Shown here piece by piece: positions 21,226 to 33,064 of a DNA stretch of 64,000 bases; within the stretch, counting starts at the first letter, position 1, and every line of letters starts with the position of its first letter. A program made the translations under genes and the position numbers. This stretch comes from an uncultured delta proteobacterium. Its GTDB lineage: Bacteria; Desulfobacterota; Zymogenia; Zymogenales; Zymogenaceae. The stretch lies in the NCBI GenBank assembly GCA_963792965.1, contig CAWBYW010000004.1, positions 96,001 to 160,000 of the forward strand, given 5' to 3'. The notes below the pieces were generated by a model. The model had not been told where the DNA came from and searched no databases. It saw only the letters and a list, made by a program, of their open reading frames with translations.

Positions 21226-21299
21226 TGGCTGGGGGACGAGGATTCGAACCTCGGTTCATGGATCCAGAGTCCACTGTCCTGCCGCTAGACGATCCCCCA
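21226..21299 (-). tRNA. tRNA-Gln (anticodon CTG), CCA encoded
   Basis: Acceptor TGGGGGA/TCCCCCA, anticodon arm GTGGA-CTCTGGA-TCCAT, GGTTCGAATCC T-loop, 3' GCCA. Confidence 0.97.
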
Positions 21300-21358
21300 G
21301 TAGTACTCGATCGTGACCAATCTTTTATAGATAAGCTAAAAGCCGTGCGATGTCAATA

Positions 21359-22381
21359 CTATTTCAGATATTTTTTCAGATCGGAAGCGATTTTTTCGGG
21401 AAACTCGTCGGTGGCCGCCTCGCCTAAAATTACCTCGAAATAGGACTGGTCGTTCCGGGCAAAGGGGGCGAACTTTGTGCGCACCATCATCCTCATGAGC
21501 AGCCGATAGCTCGATTCGGCCCCGGCGACCGAATAGATCCCAAGGTTGAAAGCGTTATTGCCGGTGTGTCGGTAGTAGGCCTGCACCGCAACGATCCCTT
21601 CCGAGAGGTCGGCAAGCTCCCAGTCCGATACATCCCTGAAGTCCGACCGGTTCTCAAAAATCGCCCAGACCTCTTTCTGTCCGCGCGGGGCAAACGGGGT
21701 GAGCCACGCGACGTCGCCGTGCCGGGAGATGATGCGCTCTTTTGTATGCTCTTCCCTCTCGATGAGGTGCTCCCAGAAACAGCGCCCCCTGTCTATGAGA
21801 TAGTCCCTGGAGCCGACCGAGAGCGCCCGAAGAAAATTGGTCGGGATCGCGACGATGTTGATCTGAAAATGGGGATGAATGAGGGTGCCGCCGGAAGAGG
21901 GGAGGTAGTTCTGTGTGACGGCGGCGTAGCGTACCCCGGGGTCGGCCTCAAATACGCGGCTGATATACGCACGCGCGTTGATGAGGTTATCCGTATACTC
22001 CGCGGGAGTAAAGTCACCGATCTCTATGAAGTGCTCCGGAGAAAAAGTCGAAACCGCGCTGTGGCGTCCGTAGGGAAAGAGGTTGGGGAAGAGGATCGAC
22101 TTGTTGCGGATAAACATACCCTCCGCGACGAGGTCCGGGGGGAAGCTCGGCGTCGCTTTTTCGATTCGCCCGGGGCAGAAAGGGCACCCCTTTTTGCTCT
22201 CGCGGACCCTCTCGCGGTAGGGAGGATTATCAAAATCGACGGGCGGATCATCAACGCGGTGAAGCGTTATGCGGGCGGTGTCGCCGGTGAGAGGATCCAC
22301 GCGGATCTCCGTCTTGATTCCGACGGGCGCCTTCTCGCCCGGCCTGATGATGAATGCCTCTTCCTCGAATTTCTTGAACAC
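21359..22381 (-). CDS. Galactose-1-phosphate uridylyltransferase-like protein (HIT/GalT family)
   Basis: RVDPLTG, CPFCPG, FPNLFPY, GGTLIHPHFQ (HxHxQ). Confidence 0.85.
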   Translation of the reverse strand: MFKKFEEEAFIIRPGEKAPVGIKTEIRVDPLTGDTARITLHRVDDPPVDFDNPPYRERVRESKKGCPFCPGRIEKATPSFPPDLVAEGMFIRNKSILFPNLFPYGRHSAVSTFSPEHFIEIGDFTPAEYTDNLINARAYISRVFEADPGVRYAAVTQNYLPSSGGTLIHPHFQINIVAIPTNFLRALSVGSRDYLIDRGRCFWEHLIEREEHTKERIISRHGDVAWLTPFAPRGQKEVWAIFENRSDFRDVSDWELADLSEGIVAVQAYYRHTGNNAFNLGIYSVAGAESSYRLLMRMMVRTKFAPFARNDQSYFEVILGEAATDEFPEKIASDLKKYLK

Positions 22382-22447
22382 GTTACGCTCGCCTCTTTCA
22401 AGCCGGCAGCCGGCGCCGCTCCTTAAAGAGAGCGGGCGCGAGACCGT

Positions 22448-22621
22448 TCAGATGTCCCATCTCCTGAAGACAAGATAGATGATCAAAAGGGTGATGATCG
22501 GGAGGTTTGCGGAAAGAAGGTCGAGCCGGTTTCTCCCGATCTCGACGTAGAGGTTCATCCCGATGAAGACGAGCATCACGAAAAACGGTGTCTCCGCGAT
22601 AATCCACTTGGCGATGTTCAC
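22448..22621 (-). CDS. Small two-TM hypothetical protein
   Basis: GTG start, two hydrophobic segments, co-oriented in the carB operon. Confidence 0.5.
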   Translation of the reverse strand: MNIAKWIIAETPFFVMLVFIGMNLYVEIGRNRLDLLSANLPIITLLIIYLVFRRWDI

Positions 22622-22658
22622 GGCGTCTTGCTCCCGTACCTGATTTAGGGTTGACGAC

Positions 22659-22945
22659 CTATACGGCCTTTCGGGTATTTTCCTCGATGGCAATAACGAG
22701 CAGGATGATTTCTGCGCCCGCATAGAATAAGAGGAAGTGCAACAGGCCCAACAGCACCACAAAAAGCCCCATCACGGCTCCCCCCATCACGCCGAGGAAC
22801 GGCCCGTAGGGTCCCAACTGGAGAGGGGTCATTGTGCCGGCGACGGTGACGATGAGGGCGCCGACGACGGCGCCGATGAGGACGATCCAGGCGATCACTT
22901 TCAGCTCACGGAAAAAAATCTTAAGAACCGGAATCTCTTTTCCAT
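22659..22945 (-). CDS. Small membrane protein; frameshift near 22905
   Basis: AGGAG SD, MEKRFRFLR start, two TM segments, AIEENTR end. Confidence 0.65.
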
Positions 22946-22995
22946 GCGCCTTCCTCCTTTTGCCGGGGTTCACCTGAAAGGCGACCCCATCCCGT

Positions 22996-25900
22996 TTATG
23001 GGCGGACCCTCGGGATTTTATGGAACTCCTGGAGCGCTCTGACCTCGAGCTTGCCCGTGTGGACGGCCTCAAGCCCTTCGACGGCGGCCCGTGCCCCGGA
23101 GATAGTGGTAAAGGTCGGGATATTATGGAGGAGCGTATTCTTGCGTATGTAGTAGGAGTCCCTGATGGATTGCTTTCCGATGGCGGTGTTGATGACTATC
23201 TGGACCCCTCCGCTCTTGATCTTGTCCACGACGTTCGGGCGCTGCTTTTCCTTGAGCTTGAAGACGAACTGGGCGGGCACGCCGTTTTCGGTGAGAAACC
23301 GATGGGTCCCCGTGGTGGCGAGGATAAGAAAGCCCATTTCGGACGAGCTTCCGTGCCACGGGCAGGAGCGGCTCCTTGTCGCTGTCTCTGACGCTGACGA
23401 ATACCGTCCCGTTGTGCGGGAGGTGCAGCCCGGAGGCTACCTGCGCCTTATAGAAGGCGCGCCCGAAGTTGTTGTCGATCCCCATGACCTCACCGGTTGA
23501 GCGCATCTCCGGGCCGAGCAGGATATCGGTGCCCGGGAACTTGGCAAAGGGGAAGACCGACTCCTTTACGGAGATATGCTTGGGGATGATCTCTTTGGGG
23601 AGGCCCATGTCTTTCAGCTTTTCGCCGGTCATGACCCGGGCCGCAATCTTGGCCAGCGGCACGCCGATGGCCTTGCTCACGAAGGGTACGGTACGGCTGG
23701 CGCGGGGGTTGACCTCGAGGATGTAAACCTCGCCGTTTTTCAGGGCGAACTGGACGTTCATGAGCCCCACCACGCCCAGCTCGAGGGCAAGCTGCCGAGA
23801 CTGTTCCTTGATCTTTTTGACGATCTTGTCGGCGATCGAGAAGGTCGGCAGGCTCATGGCGCTGTCGCCGGAGTGGATGCCGGCCTCTTCGATATGCTCC
23901 ATTACACCGCCGATGAAGACGTCCGTGCCGTCGGCAACGACGTCCACGTCGATCTCGATGGCGTCCGACAGGAACTTATCGATAAGCACCGGGTGCTCGG
24001 GACTGGCAAGCACCGCCAGCCTCATATAGTTTCTCAGGTCTTCCTCGTCGTAGACGATCTCCATCGCCCTCCCTCCCAGCACATAGGAGGGCCGTACCAG
24101 CACCGGGTAGCCGATGTCGCGGGCAATCGTTACCGCCTCGTCGGCGGAGCGGGCAATCCCGTTTTCGGGCTGTTTGAGGCCGAGTTTGTTGAGGAGCTCC
24201 AGGAAACGCTCGCGGTCCTCGGCCCGGTCGATGGAGTCGGGGCTGGTCCCGATGATCGGGACCCCGCGCGCTCAAGCGCAACCGAAAGGCGCAGCGGGGT
24301 CTGGCCGCCGAACTGGACGATGACTCCGTGGGGCCTCTCTTTTTTCACGATGTTGAGGACGTCCTCGAAGGTGAGGGGCTCAAAGTAGAGGCGGTCGGAG
24401 GTATCATAGTCGGTGCTGACCGTCTCGGGGTTGCAGTTGACCATGATCGTCTCGTAGCCCGCCTCGGACAGGGCGAAGGCGCCATGGACGCAGCAGTAGT
24501 CGAACTCGATCCCCTGTCCGATTCGGTTGGGCCCGCCGCCGAGGATCATGATCTTCTTCTGATCGGTGGGGGCCGCCTCGCACTCGGTCTCGTAGGTGGA
24601 GTAGAGATACGGGGTGTGCGCCTCGAATTCCGCGGCGCAGGTATCCACGCGCTTGAAGACCGGCTCGACGCCGTGGTCTTCCCGCAGTTTTCTGAACTCG
24701 ATCTCGGCGAATCCCCATCAATTCGGCCATGCGGGAATCTGAAAAGCCGTACTCCTTGGCCTCACGGAAGTAGTACTTGAACTGCTCGTTTCCGAGCTCG
24801 CCTTTATGGTCGGCAGAGGATCTTGATTTCCTGTTCCATCTCCACGATCTGGGAAATATTGGCGAGGAACCAGCGGTCGATCTTCGTGATCTCGTGGACC
24901 TTCTCCACGGAGACGCCGTTACGGAACGCCTCGGCTACCAGGAGGATCCGCTCCGGGATCGGCGTACCGAGCCTTCCGACGATCAGCTCCTGGCGCTTCT
25001 TCGCAGGCAGCGCGCGCTCATCGTCCGAAAGCGGGTCCGAGAAACCGTTGTAACCGTATTCGAGGGAAACGCAGGGCTTTCTGGATCGACTCCTTGAAGG
25101 TCCTCCCGATGGCCATGGCCTCGCCCACCGACTTCATCTGGGTGGTAAGCGACGGATCGGTCTGGGGGAACTTCTCGAAGGTAAATCGCGGGATCTTGGT
25201 GACGACGTAGTCGATCGTCGGCTCAAAGGACGCCGGCGTCTCGCGGGTGATGTCGTTGGTGATCTCATCGAGCCGGTACCCGACGGCGAGCTTGGCCGCG
25301 ATCTTGGCGATGGGGAAACCCGTCGCTTTGCTGGCAAGGGCGGAGCTGCGCGACACGCGGGGATTCATCTCGATGACCACGATCTTTCCGTCCTCGGGAT
25401 TTACGGCAAACTGGATATTGCTCCCGCCGGTATCAACGCCGATCTCCCGAATGATGGCGATCGAGGCGTCCCGCATGATCTGGTATTCCTTGTCCGAGAG
25501 GGTCTGGGCGGGCGCGACGGTGATGGAATCTCCGGTATGAATCCCCATCGGGTCGAGGTTCTCGATCGAACAGATGATGACGACGTTGTCGGCGCCATCT
25601 CGCATCACCTCGAGCTCGAACTCCTTCCAGCCGAGCACGGACTGCTCGATGAGCACCCTACCCACCGGGCTCTGGGCGATCCCCCACCGGACATACTCGA
25701 CGAACTCCTCGCGGTTAAACGCGATGTTGCCGCCGGTTCCCCCGAGGGTGAATGAGGGCCGAATGATCGCGGGAAAGCCGACCATGGAGAGAACCTCGTC
25801 GGCTTCCTGAAACGACGAGGCATAGCCGCTGTCGGGCAGCTTGAGGCCGATCTTCGTTATCGCCGCCTTGAAGAGGTTTCTATCCTCGGCCTTTTCTATG

Positions 25901-26265
25901 GCCTCGTAGCGGGCCCCGATCAGCTCTACGTGGTATTTATCAAGGACGCCGTTCCTGACGAGCTCGACCGCGATGTTGAGGCCGGTCTGGCCCCCGAGGG
26001 TGGGGAGCAGACAGTCGGGCCGCTCTTTTTTGATGATCTTTTCCACGACCTCGGGGATGATCGGCTCGACGTAGGTGGCGTGGGCGAATTCGGGGTCGGT
26101 CATGATGGTGGCGGGATTGGAGTTGATGAGGACGACCTCGTACCCCTCCTCTTTGAGGGCCTTGACGGCCTGAGTGCCGGAGTAGTCGAATTCGCAGGCC
26201 TGCCCGATGATGATCGGGCCCGAGCCGATAATGAGGATCTTCTTGATATCGGTCCGCTTCGGCAT
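22996..26265 (-). CDS. carB: Carbamoyl-phosphate synthase large subunit; about six frameshifts
   Basis: [62 protein letters not shown]-terminal MGS domain. Confidence 0.96.
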
Positions 26266-26267
26266 CG

Positions 26268-27398
26268 CTATTTGCAGTCCTTCATGAGCTTTGCGAAATC
26301 TTCGAAGAGATACCCGGCGTCGTGGGGGCCGGGAGATGCCTCCGGGTGGTACTGGACGCAGAAGAGCGGCAGTCCCGTGTGCCTCAGGCCCTCGACGGTG
26401 TTGTCATTGAGGTTGACGTGAGTGACCTCGACATCAGCCGGCAGCGAGTCGGTATCAACGGCGAAGCCGTGGTTCTGGGCGGTGATCTCGACCTTCCCCG
26501 TCGCCAGGTTCTTGACGGGCTGATTTGCTCCCCGGTGACCGAACTTCAATTTATAGGTCTTGCCGCCGATTGCCAGCGCGACCAGCTGGTGGCCGAGGCA
26601 AATGCCGAAGATCGGCTTCTTGCCGAGAAGCTTCTTGATCTCGTTGATCGCGTAGGGCACCCCTTCGGGGTCCCCGGGGCCGTTGGAGAGAACGATGCCG
26701 TCGGGTTTCAGGGACAGCACGACGTCGGCCGGGGTTGAGGCCGGAACGACCTTTACCCTGATCCCGAGGGCGACCAGCGAGATGAGGATATTTTCTTTGA
26801 TCCCGTAGTCGTACGCGACGACCATAAGCCCCGTATCCCTATGGCGTCGATGCGGGTTGCCGGTGATAGAGGAGAGATCGGCGGGCTCCTTCTTGAACTC
26901 GTAGATGGTGTCCGTCGTGACCTCCTTGACGAGGTCGCGGCCGACCAATCCCGGCGAGCCCTTTGCCTTTCGGACGAGGATATCGGGTGTCATGTCTACG
27001 GTGGAGATGACGGCCTTCATGGCGCCCGCCGTTCTGATATGGCGGGTGAGCGAGCGGGTATCGACTCCCTGGATGCCGATGATATTGTGGCGCTTGAGAA
27101 AGGCGCCGAGCTCCTCGTGAGACCGGAAGTTGCTCGCGATGGGGGAGACCTCCTTGACGACGAAGCCCTCCACCTGCGGCATCCACGATTCCTGGTCCAC
27201 GGGATTGATGCCGTAGTTTCCTATCTGGGGGTAGGTCATCGTGACGATCTGACCCTTGTAGGAGGGGTCGCTGAGGACTTCCTGGTAGCCGGTCATGGCG
27301 GTATTGAAGACGACCTCGCCGTCCCGGATCCCGTCGGCGCCGAACGCGCGTCCGTAGTAGATCGTTCCGTCTTCCAGCGCGATGGCGGCGTTTTTCAT
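26268..27398 (-). CDS. carA: Carbamoyl-phosphate synthase small subunit
   Basis: [38 protein letters not shown]. Confidence 0.97.
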   Translation of the reverse strand: MKNAAIALEDGTIYYGRAFGADGIRDGEVVFNTAMTGYQEVLSDPSYKGQIVTMTYPQIGNYGINPVDQESWMPQVEGFVVKEVSPIASNFRSHEELGAFLKRHNIIGIQGVDTRSLTRHIRTAGAMKAVISTVDMTPDILVRKAKGSPGLVGRDLVKEVTTDTIYEFKKEPADLSSITGNPHRRHRDTGLMVVAYDYGIKENILISLVALGIRVKVVPASTPADVVLSLKPDGIVLSNGPGDPEGVPYAINEIKKLLGKKPIFGICLGHQLVALAIGGKTYKLKFGHRGANQPVKNLATGKVEITAQNHGFAVDTDSLPADVEVTHVNLNDNTVEGLRHTGLPLFCVQYHPEASPGPHDAGYLFEDFAKLMKDCK

Positions 27399-27521
27399 AG
27401 GGGCATGACCTCCAGACTTCAATAAAAAACTATATCGAAATTGTGCCGGAATTTCAAGACAATTGTGGACTCGCGCCGATTTATGGGGTATACTTAAGCG
27501 CTTTTATGCAAAGGATTCCGC

Positions 27522-28088
27522 GTGATCCCGACAAGAGACCGATGTCTCATCATCCTCAAAGAATATAACGTTCCGGAAAACATCGTCGGACACAGCATCG
27601 TTGTCGAGCGGGTGGCTCTTTTTTTGGCGGCGCGGCTTATTGATGCCGGAAACGAGATGGACGTGGGGCTCCTCTCGGCGGGGGCGCTGTTGCACGACAT
27701 CGCGAAGATGCAGGGGATCAGGGAGGGCCGTCCCCACGGTGACCTCGGGGCCGCCGTATCCGACGATCTCGGCTTTCATGAGGTCTCGCCGATCATTCGC
27801 CAGCACGTCAGGCTTGACGACTGGACCGACAACGGCCGCATCGATGAGGCAAAGCTCGTCAACTACGCCGATAAACGGGTGAACCACGAACAGATCGTGA
27901 GCCTTGACGAGAGATTCGAATACCTGTTTGAGCGATACGGCGCGGTTTCAGATGCGGCGATGGAGCGAATGAAGGAGATGAAACGGCACATGGAGACGAT
28001 CGAGACGCAGATTTTCAGAAGGCTTTCCATTAAGCCCGGTGACATCGAGCGGCTGATAGAGGAGGAAGGGCGTGGATTTCATTCTTGA
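27522..28088 (+). CDS. HD-domain (HDIG-like) phosphohydrolase
   Basis: HS..LLHDIAK..HG..HV..YADKR motif set. Confidence 0.87.
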   Translation: MIPTRDRCLIILKEYNVPENIVGHSIVVERVALFLAARLIDAGNEMDVGLLSAGALLHDIAKMQGIREGRPHGDLGAAVSDDLGFHEVSPIIRQHVRLDDWTDNGRIDEAKLVNYADKRVNHEQIVSLDERFEYLFERYGAVSDAAMERMKEMKRHMETIETQIFRRLSIKPGDIERLIEEEGRGFHS

Positions 28089-28530
28089 TAGGCTTGCCAT
28101 CGGAGACCTCTCCGACGCGAAGAACACCACCATGCTGCGTGAGTGCGGCATCACGGCGATCATCAATGTCGCCAAGGAAGCCCAGTATGAGCCGGAGATG
28201 AAGTTCTTCGATTACTACAAGGTGAGCATCGACGACGGCCAGGCGATGGATTTCTCTCATCTCTCGGAGGCGGTCGAATTTATCCACAGCAGGATCCGTC
28301 ACGGGAGGGTGCTCGTGCACTGTCTGATGGGCGTGAGCAGATCGTCGACGATCGTGCTGTGCTATCTCCATGAATGCGGCTTTTCGCTGAGGGAGGCGAT
28401 GAACCTCATCAAGAAGAAGCGGCCCGAGGCCCAGCCGCATATCGCCCTCTATAATTCGGTCAGGGAATATTATCAGGAGAAAGAGGGGGAGCACAGGAGA
28501 AGGCTCCTCAGCCAAAAGGAGGAAGCCTGA
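28072..28530 (+). CDS. Dual-specificity (Cys-based) protein phosphatase
   Basis: VHCLMGVSRS P-loop (HCxxGxxR) and upstream Asp in IDDG. Confidence 0.92.
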   Translation: MDFILDRLAIGDLSDAKNTTMLRECGITAIINVAKEAQYEPEMKFFDYYKVSIDDGQAMDFSHLSEAVEFIHSRIRHGRVLVHCLMGVSRSSTIVLCYLHECGFSLREAMNLIKKKRPEAQPHIALYNSVREYYQEKEGEHRRRLLSQKEEA

Positions 28531-28601
28531 TGGTCGACGGCGCCGGACGAGCCGGCGCGCAATCATACGTGCGGAAACATACAATGAGCATGAGGTGCGG
28601 C

Positions 28602-29530
28602 ATGAAAAAAATCCTCAAGGTATCCCTTATCGTCGTCGGATGTCTGATCGTGGTCGGCCTGGTGGCGGGCTATCTGCTCCTTTACCATGCCCCGATCCCG
28701 AAAACCGCGACCTTTACCTCGATTTGGCGCAAGTACGGAACCTTGCCAAGTCGGGCGGTGGCGACCTCCCTGTTGAGGTCAGGTCACTCGTCGTGGCCGA
28801 GGGGGCATTCCCCCGGTGGATGGTCGTCGCCGGTGGGGGGAGCGGAGAGATCCCGATAGCCTTCGTTGCCTATCAGATCGTCTATCCCGACAGGACCGTC
28901 GTCATCGACGCCGCGGCAGATTCGAAGGGTTTCGAGCAGCAGATGCCGTCTCCGCTGAGATCGTTCGATGAAAAGAATTATACTATCCTCCAGGACGCCC
29001 TCACGAGCGCATCACTGGTCATGATCACCCATGAGCATTTCGATCACGTCGGCGGCATTGCCACCTCGCCTTCTCTTAACGCGATCCTGCCGCACCTGCT
29101 CCTCACAAAAGAACAGGTCGAAAGCCCGGTAATGAAAGACGTGGGATTTCCCGCGGGCGCGCTTAACGGCTTTAAGGCGCTCACCTATGACCGGTACTAT
29201 CGGGCCGCCCCGGGTATCGTCCTCATCAAGGCCCCGGGACATACGCCGGGCCAGCAGATGATCTTTGTAGCGACCAAGGGCGGGACGGAGTATCTGTTTG
29301 TCAGCGATATCGTCTGGAATCGCGAAAACCTGAAGCGGCAACTCGACCGGCCGCTCTTGGTGAACCTCGTGTTGCACGAGAACCTGAAGCCGGCCCGGGG
29401 CGAGATCCGATGGATCATCGACAACCTCTACAACAACCCGAATAACAAGATCGTCTACGTCGTTTCTCATGACGGAGGCCAGCTTCGGGAATACGTCAAG
29501 GCGGGCGTGATCAAGGACGGGTTCAAATAA
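28602..29530 (+). CDS. Metallo-beta-lactamase-fold hydrolase with N-terminal membrane anchor; frameshift near 28715
   Basis: THEHFDH, PGHTPG, VSD, SHD. Confidence 0.85.
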
Positions 29531-29690
29531 GGTCAGAAAATTACAGGACACGGGCCGGAAGAACTCGGATGGCCGCATTGGCTGAGGTGAGAAGTCGCTT
29601 CGTGTCGCGCTCCGGAGATCTCTGATTTGCGGATAGGAAAGACGTCGGAGGCTTCTGGAAACTTGATCTGGGCGCCGTAACTATCGACGT

Positions 29691-30710
29691 CTATGCTTTT
29701 CCCCGTCTCTCATAAAGGCTTTTCTGGTGAGCCGCCCACTCCTCGAAGTTCGCCTTGATGGCGTTGAACTCCTGGTTGCTGTCGATGTCGAGCGCCGCCC
29801 CGCCGTACGTTGTCTCCACCGTCCTGAGGCGCGTGCCGAGGACCGCCCCTACGGCCGGCTCCACCTGGTCGTGGAGGCTGATGATCATGCGCAGCCGCTC
29901 TGAAACGGACGTGAGCCCCATCGAGGTGAGCATCAGGGCGGCCTGGAGAATCGCGAAGTAGAAGAGGGATTTCAGGCTCTTCTTCTCCGTCCATACGAGC
30001 TCCCAGGCCAGCTTCGCGATATCCCGCCACTCCCGCTGGTGGCGGTACTCGTACATCTTCTCGATGTATATCTTATTCGCGATGGCAAACGGGCGGCCGA
30101 TGTGCAGGTTGTTCTGACGAAAGAGCCCTTCCCTGAAGTGAAAGTAGGCGTGCTTGATTCCCTTTTTCTTCTTCCTCTTCCCCTTTCGACGCTGGGGATA
30201 GTAGTCGGCAAGATTCGTGTTCCTCGAGACTCCGGGCTGGTAATCGTAGTTCGCGAGATCGGCGTTAGCCAACAGCTCGTCTACTTCATAGGGAGTGAGC
30301 AACGGGATGTCGCCGGGCAGGAACATGATAACCTTGTTCCAATAACGGGTGCCCCGGTATGACTCGGGGTCGACTGATGCGGTATGCCCGGGTATGGTAA
30401 AGAGGAAGCCGTTCCAGGCGTTGGCATAGAGGCTGTCCCACTGATTGAGGACCGTGACCTTCTTTCCGTGCGCGTCGGTCCGCCCCGCGGCCAGCGCGTC
30501 CTCAATTCTTTTTTTCGGACCAACGATGTATATATCGTTGACGTACCGCGCTGCGGACAGAGCCTCCACGATATAGCAGATGACCGCCCTATCGTTGATG
30601 ACGAGCAGCGACTTGTTCTTCCCTTTGACCTTTCGGCTGGCCTTACGGTCCCCCGCCACGATAACGGCGTCGTAGCGCTCGGTTGTGCCTTCCGTTTTTC
30701 CTGTTTTCAT
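29691..30710 (-). CDS. MobA-like NTP transferase domain protein
   Basis: AVIVAGD..KNKSLL N-terminus, GDIPLL, LDIDS. Confidence 0.75.
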   Translation of the reverse strand: MKTGKTEGTTERYDAVIVAGDRKASRKVKGKNKSLLVINDRAVICYIVEALSAARYVNDIYIVGPKKRIEDALAAGRTDAHGKKVTVLNQWDSLYANAWNGFLFTIPGHTASVDPESYRGTRYWNKVIMFLPGDIPLLTPYEVDELLANADLANYDYQPGVSRNTNLADYYPQRRKGKRKKKKGIKHAYFHFREGLFRQNNLHIGRPFAIANKIYIEKMYEYRHQREWRDIAKLAWELVWTEKKSLKSLFYFAILQAALMLTSMGLTSVSERLRMIISLHDQVEPAVGAVLGTRLRTVETTYGGAALDIDSNQEFNAIKANFEEWAAHQKSLYERRGKA

Positions 30711-30870
30711 AGGCCACAAAAATATAGCAATCACGCCCTGTTAAGTCAAGCAGTATATGACCTTTTTGTTGACATGCGGGCGTTTTATGATACGGTATGG
30801 AGAAGGCCGCGTTTCGGAGACGGGGCGGCCGGGTTTTCCCTTCATCGGCGAGTATCGACAGGTGTCATGG

Positions 30871-31927
30871 ATGGCGACCATTCGCGTCGGATTGATCGGG
30901 GCGGGCCTCTTGGGCCTGACCCATTCGGTGTCGTTACTGCTATTGAAAAACGCCGGCCTCTTTGACCTCGAGCTCGTCTCGGTCTACGATCCCGAGAGGG
31001 CGGCCGCCGAGTCACTGGCCAAAAACATCGGCTTTGGGCACGTCGCTCAGTCGGCCCGCGAGATCGTTGGGGACGATACCGTCGATACCGTCTACATCGC
31101 CACCCCGACCCTTTTTCACCACGACTATGTGATCGATGCCGCCCGCGCCGGCAAGAACATCTTTTGCGAAAAGCCCCTCTTTATCGACCTTCCCGGCGCG
31201 GGAAATGGGTAACGCCGTGGCCGAGGCCGGGGTTGTGGGAGGGGTGGGGTTGGTGCTGCGGTTCTCGCCGACCTATCGTTTCATCCGTGACGAGATCGGC
31301 CGGGCCGACTGGGGCACGCCGATCATCGTCACCCTTCGCAACGACCAGTGTCTCCCGATCCGCGGACTCCACCACACCGCCTGGCGCGCCGACCGGTCGA
31401 TCTCGGGCGGCGGGGCGTTGATCGAGCACAGCATCCACGATATCGATCTCTTTTCGTGGTTCTTCGGCAGACCTAAGATCACGGACGTCTCGATCAGGTA
31501 TCTGACGGGACGCCAAGGAATCGAGGACTACGCCCGCGTCACGATGGTGTTTGAAAGCGGCATGGAGGGTGTCCTTTCCTCCATCTGGCACGACATGGTC
31601 ACCAGGGTCAGCAACCGGCGGCTGGAGATTATCTTTGATCGGCTCTATATCGCCACCGATCACGACGTTATCGGCCCCGTCGAGTATACCGAGGGAGACG
31701 GGGAGCTTGTCATCGTCGAAAAGGAGCGCGTCCTCTCGCATTTTCTTGACGTGATGGGACTTTCAGATCCGTTTTTTTCCACGCTTGACTATACGACCTT
31801 CGGGTCGTATACCGTTGAGGACTACTTTTTCATCAAGGCGGTCGTCGAGAGAAAGGCCTTCTCGCCGGGATTTTCGGAGGCCGTGGCGGCCCACGAGATC
31901 GTCGACGAGATATACCGGAGTGCCTGA
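30871..31927 (+). CDS. Gfo/Idh/MocA family oxidoreductase; frameshift near 31200
   Basis: VGLIGAG, IATPTLFH, CEKP, GGGALIEHSIHDID. Confidence 0.88.
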
Positions 31928-31983
31928 CGGCATCCGAGGCCACGTGGCAATCACACGATGGGCCGCAACGAGAGCAGGAGTTC

Positions 31984-32883
31984 ATGAGCGGCAACACGTT
32001 AAAGCCTCCCGAGGTGCTCCGCGATAAGGACGGGTTCATCGCCCTGATCGCGGAGCGGCTGGCCGGCCACCCCCACAACTTCGCCTCCCGACGGCGTGAG
32101 ATAGAAGAGCAGGAGCGGCAGGGGGGACGCATCGCCACGTCGGGTGTAATCCTCCTGGTCCGTTACTCGGAAAAGTCGAAGGGGTACGAGCTGATTCTCA
32201 CGAAGCGATCGGCCCACGTTACCCAGCCGGGCGACCTGAGCTTTCCGGGGGGCCATGTCCACAAAATGGACAAGTACCACGGCCTTCTGATTTCAGGAGG
32301 GGTCTCTCCCTGTGCGCGGGGAGAGGGGATCGGCGCGGGAAGGAGCTCCGGCGACCGGGCCGGTTTTCGGATCGCCGCCGACTACCTTGCCACGGCGCTG
32401 CGCGAGACGCGGGAGGAAACGGGGATACCGTGCCGGGCGATCCGCTATCTCGGGTCACTGCCGTCCTACGGGATGGTCTCGTTTCGGAGGGTTATTTACC
32501 CGGCGGTTGGGGTCGTCGTGGGTGATTTTGTTGAGTGTCTCAGCTGGGAGGTGGAGAGGCTGGTCCGCATCGATCTCTCGGATCTCTATGAGGCCGAACG
32601 CTTCCATTGGATTCGATTCGAGGTGCCGGACGACATCCGGGAGGCATCCGGGAGATCGGACTGGAACTTCCCGTGCTTCGTGACCGGAGACGGCGACACG
32701 CGGGAGATCCTCTGGGGGGCGACCTTCAACATCATCCTCTCCTTCTTGTGGATCGTGCTAAGCTTCCCGCTCCCCGATATCCCGAGGGACCGGTTCGTGA
32801 CGAAGGAAATCCCCGTGAACTACTTTACGGGGACTTTTCGGCGCGACCTGAAGGAGGGATTGATACGGGAAAAGAAGAAGTAA
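31984..32883 (+). CDS. CoA pyrophosphatase-like NUDIX hydrolase (NudL type)
   Basis: LTKRS..QPGDLSFPGG, ALRETREETG, LWGAT. Confidence 0.82.
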   Translation: MSGNTLKPPEVLRDKDGFIALIAERLAGHPHNFASRRREIEEQERQGGRIATSGVILLVRYSEKSKGYELILTKRSAHVTQPGDLSFPGGHVHKMDKYHGLLISGGVSPCARGEGIGAGRSSGDRAGFRIAADYLATALRETREETGIPCRAIRYLGSLPSYGMVSFRRVIYPAVGVVVGDFVECLSWEVERLVRIDLSDLYEAERFHWIRFEVPDDIREASGRSDWNFPCFVTGDGDTREILWGATFNIILSFLWIVLSFPLPDIPRDRFVTKEIPVNYFTGTFRRDLKEGLIREKKK

Positions 32884-33034
32884 AAGATATCCCCCGTGGG
32901 TCACGGGGGTGCACCGAGTAGCGTCTTGGAGCATCCCACGGTCGCGGACAGGCGGCGGACGTCCGGAGACCACTCCCCCAACGCGTGTGTTCGCCAATTC
33001 CTCGAAGGTTTCGGAGTCCGGCCGATATCTCCTC

Positions 33035-33064
33035 TTGACTATCACAAAATGATGATAATATAAT
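33035..33064 (+). promoter_or_regulatory. Sigma70-type promoter
   Basis: TTGACT-N18-TATAAT. Confidence 0.5.
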
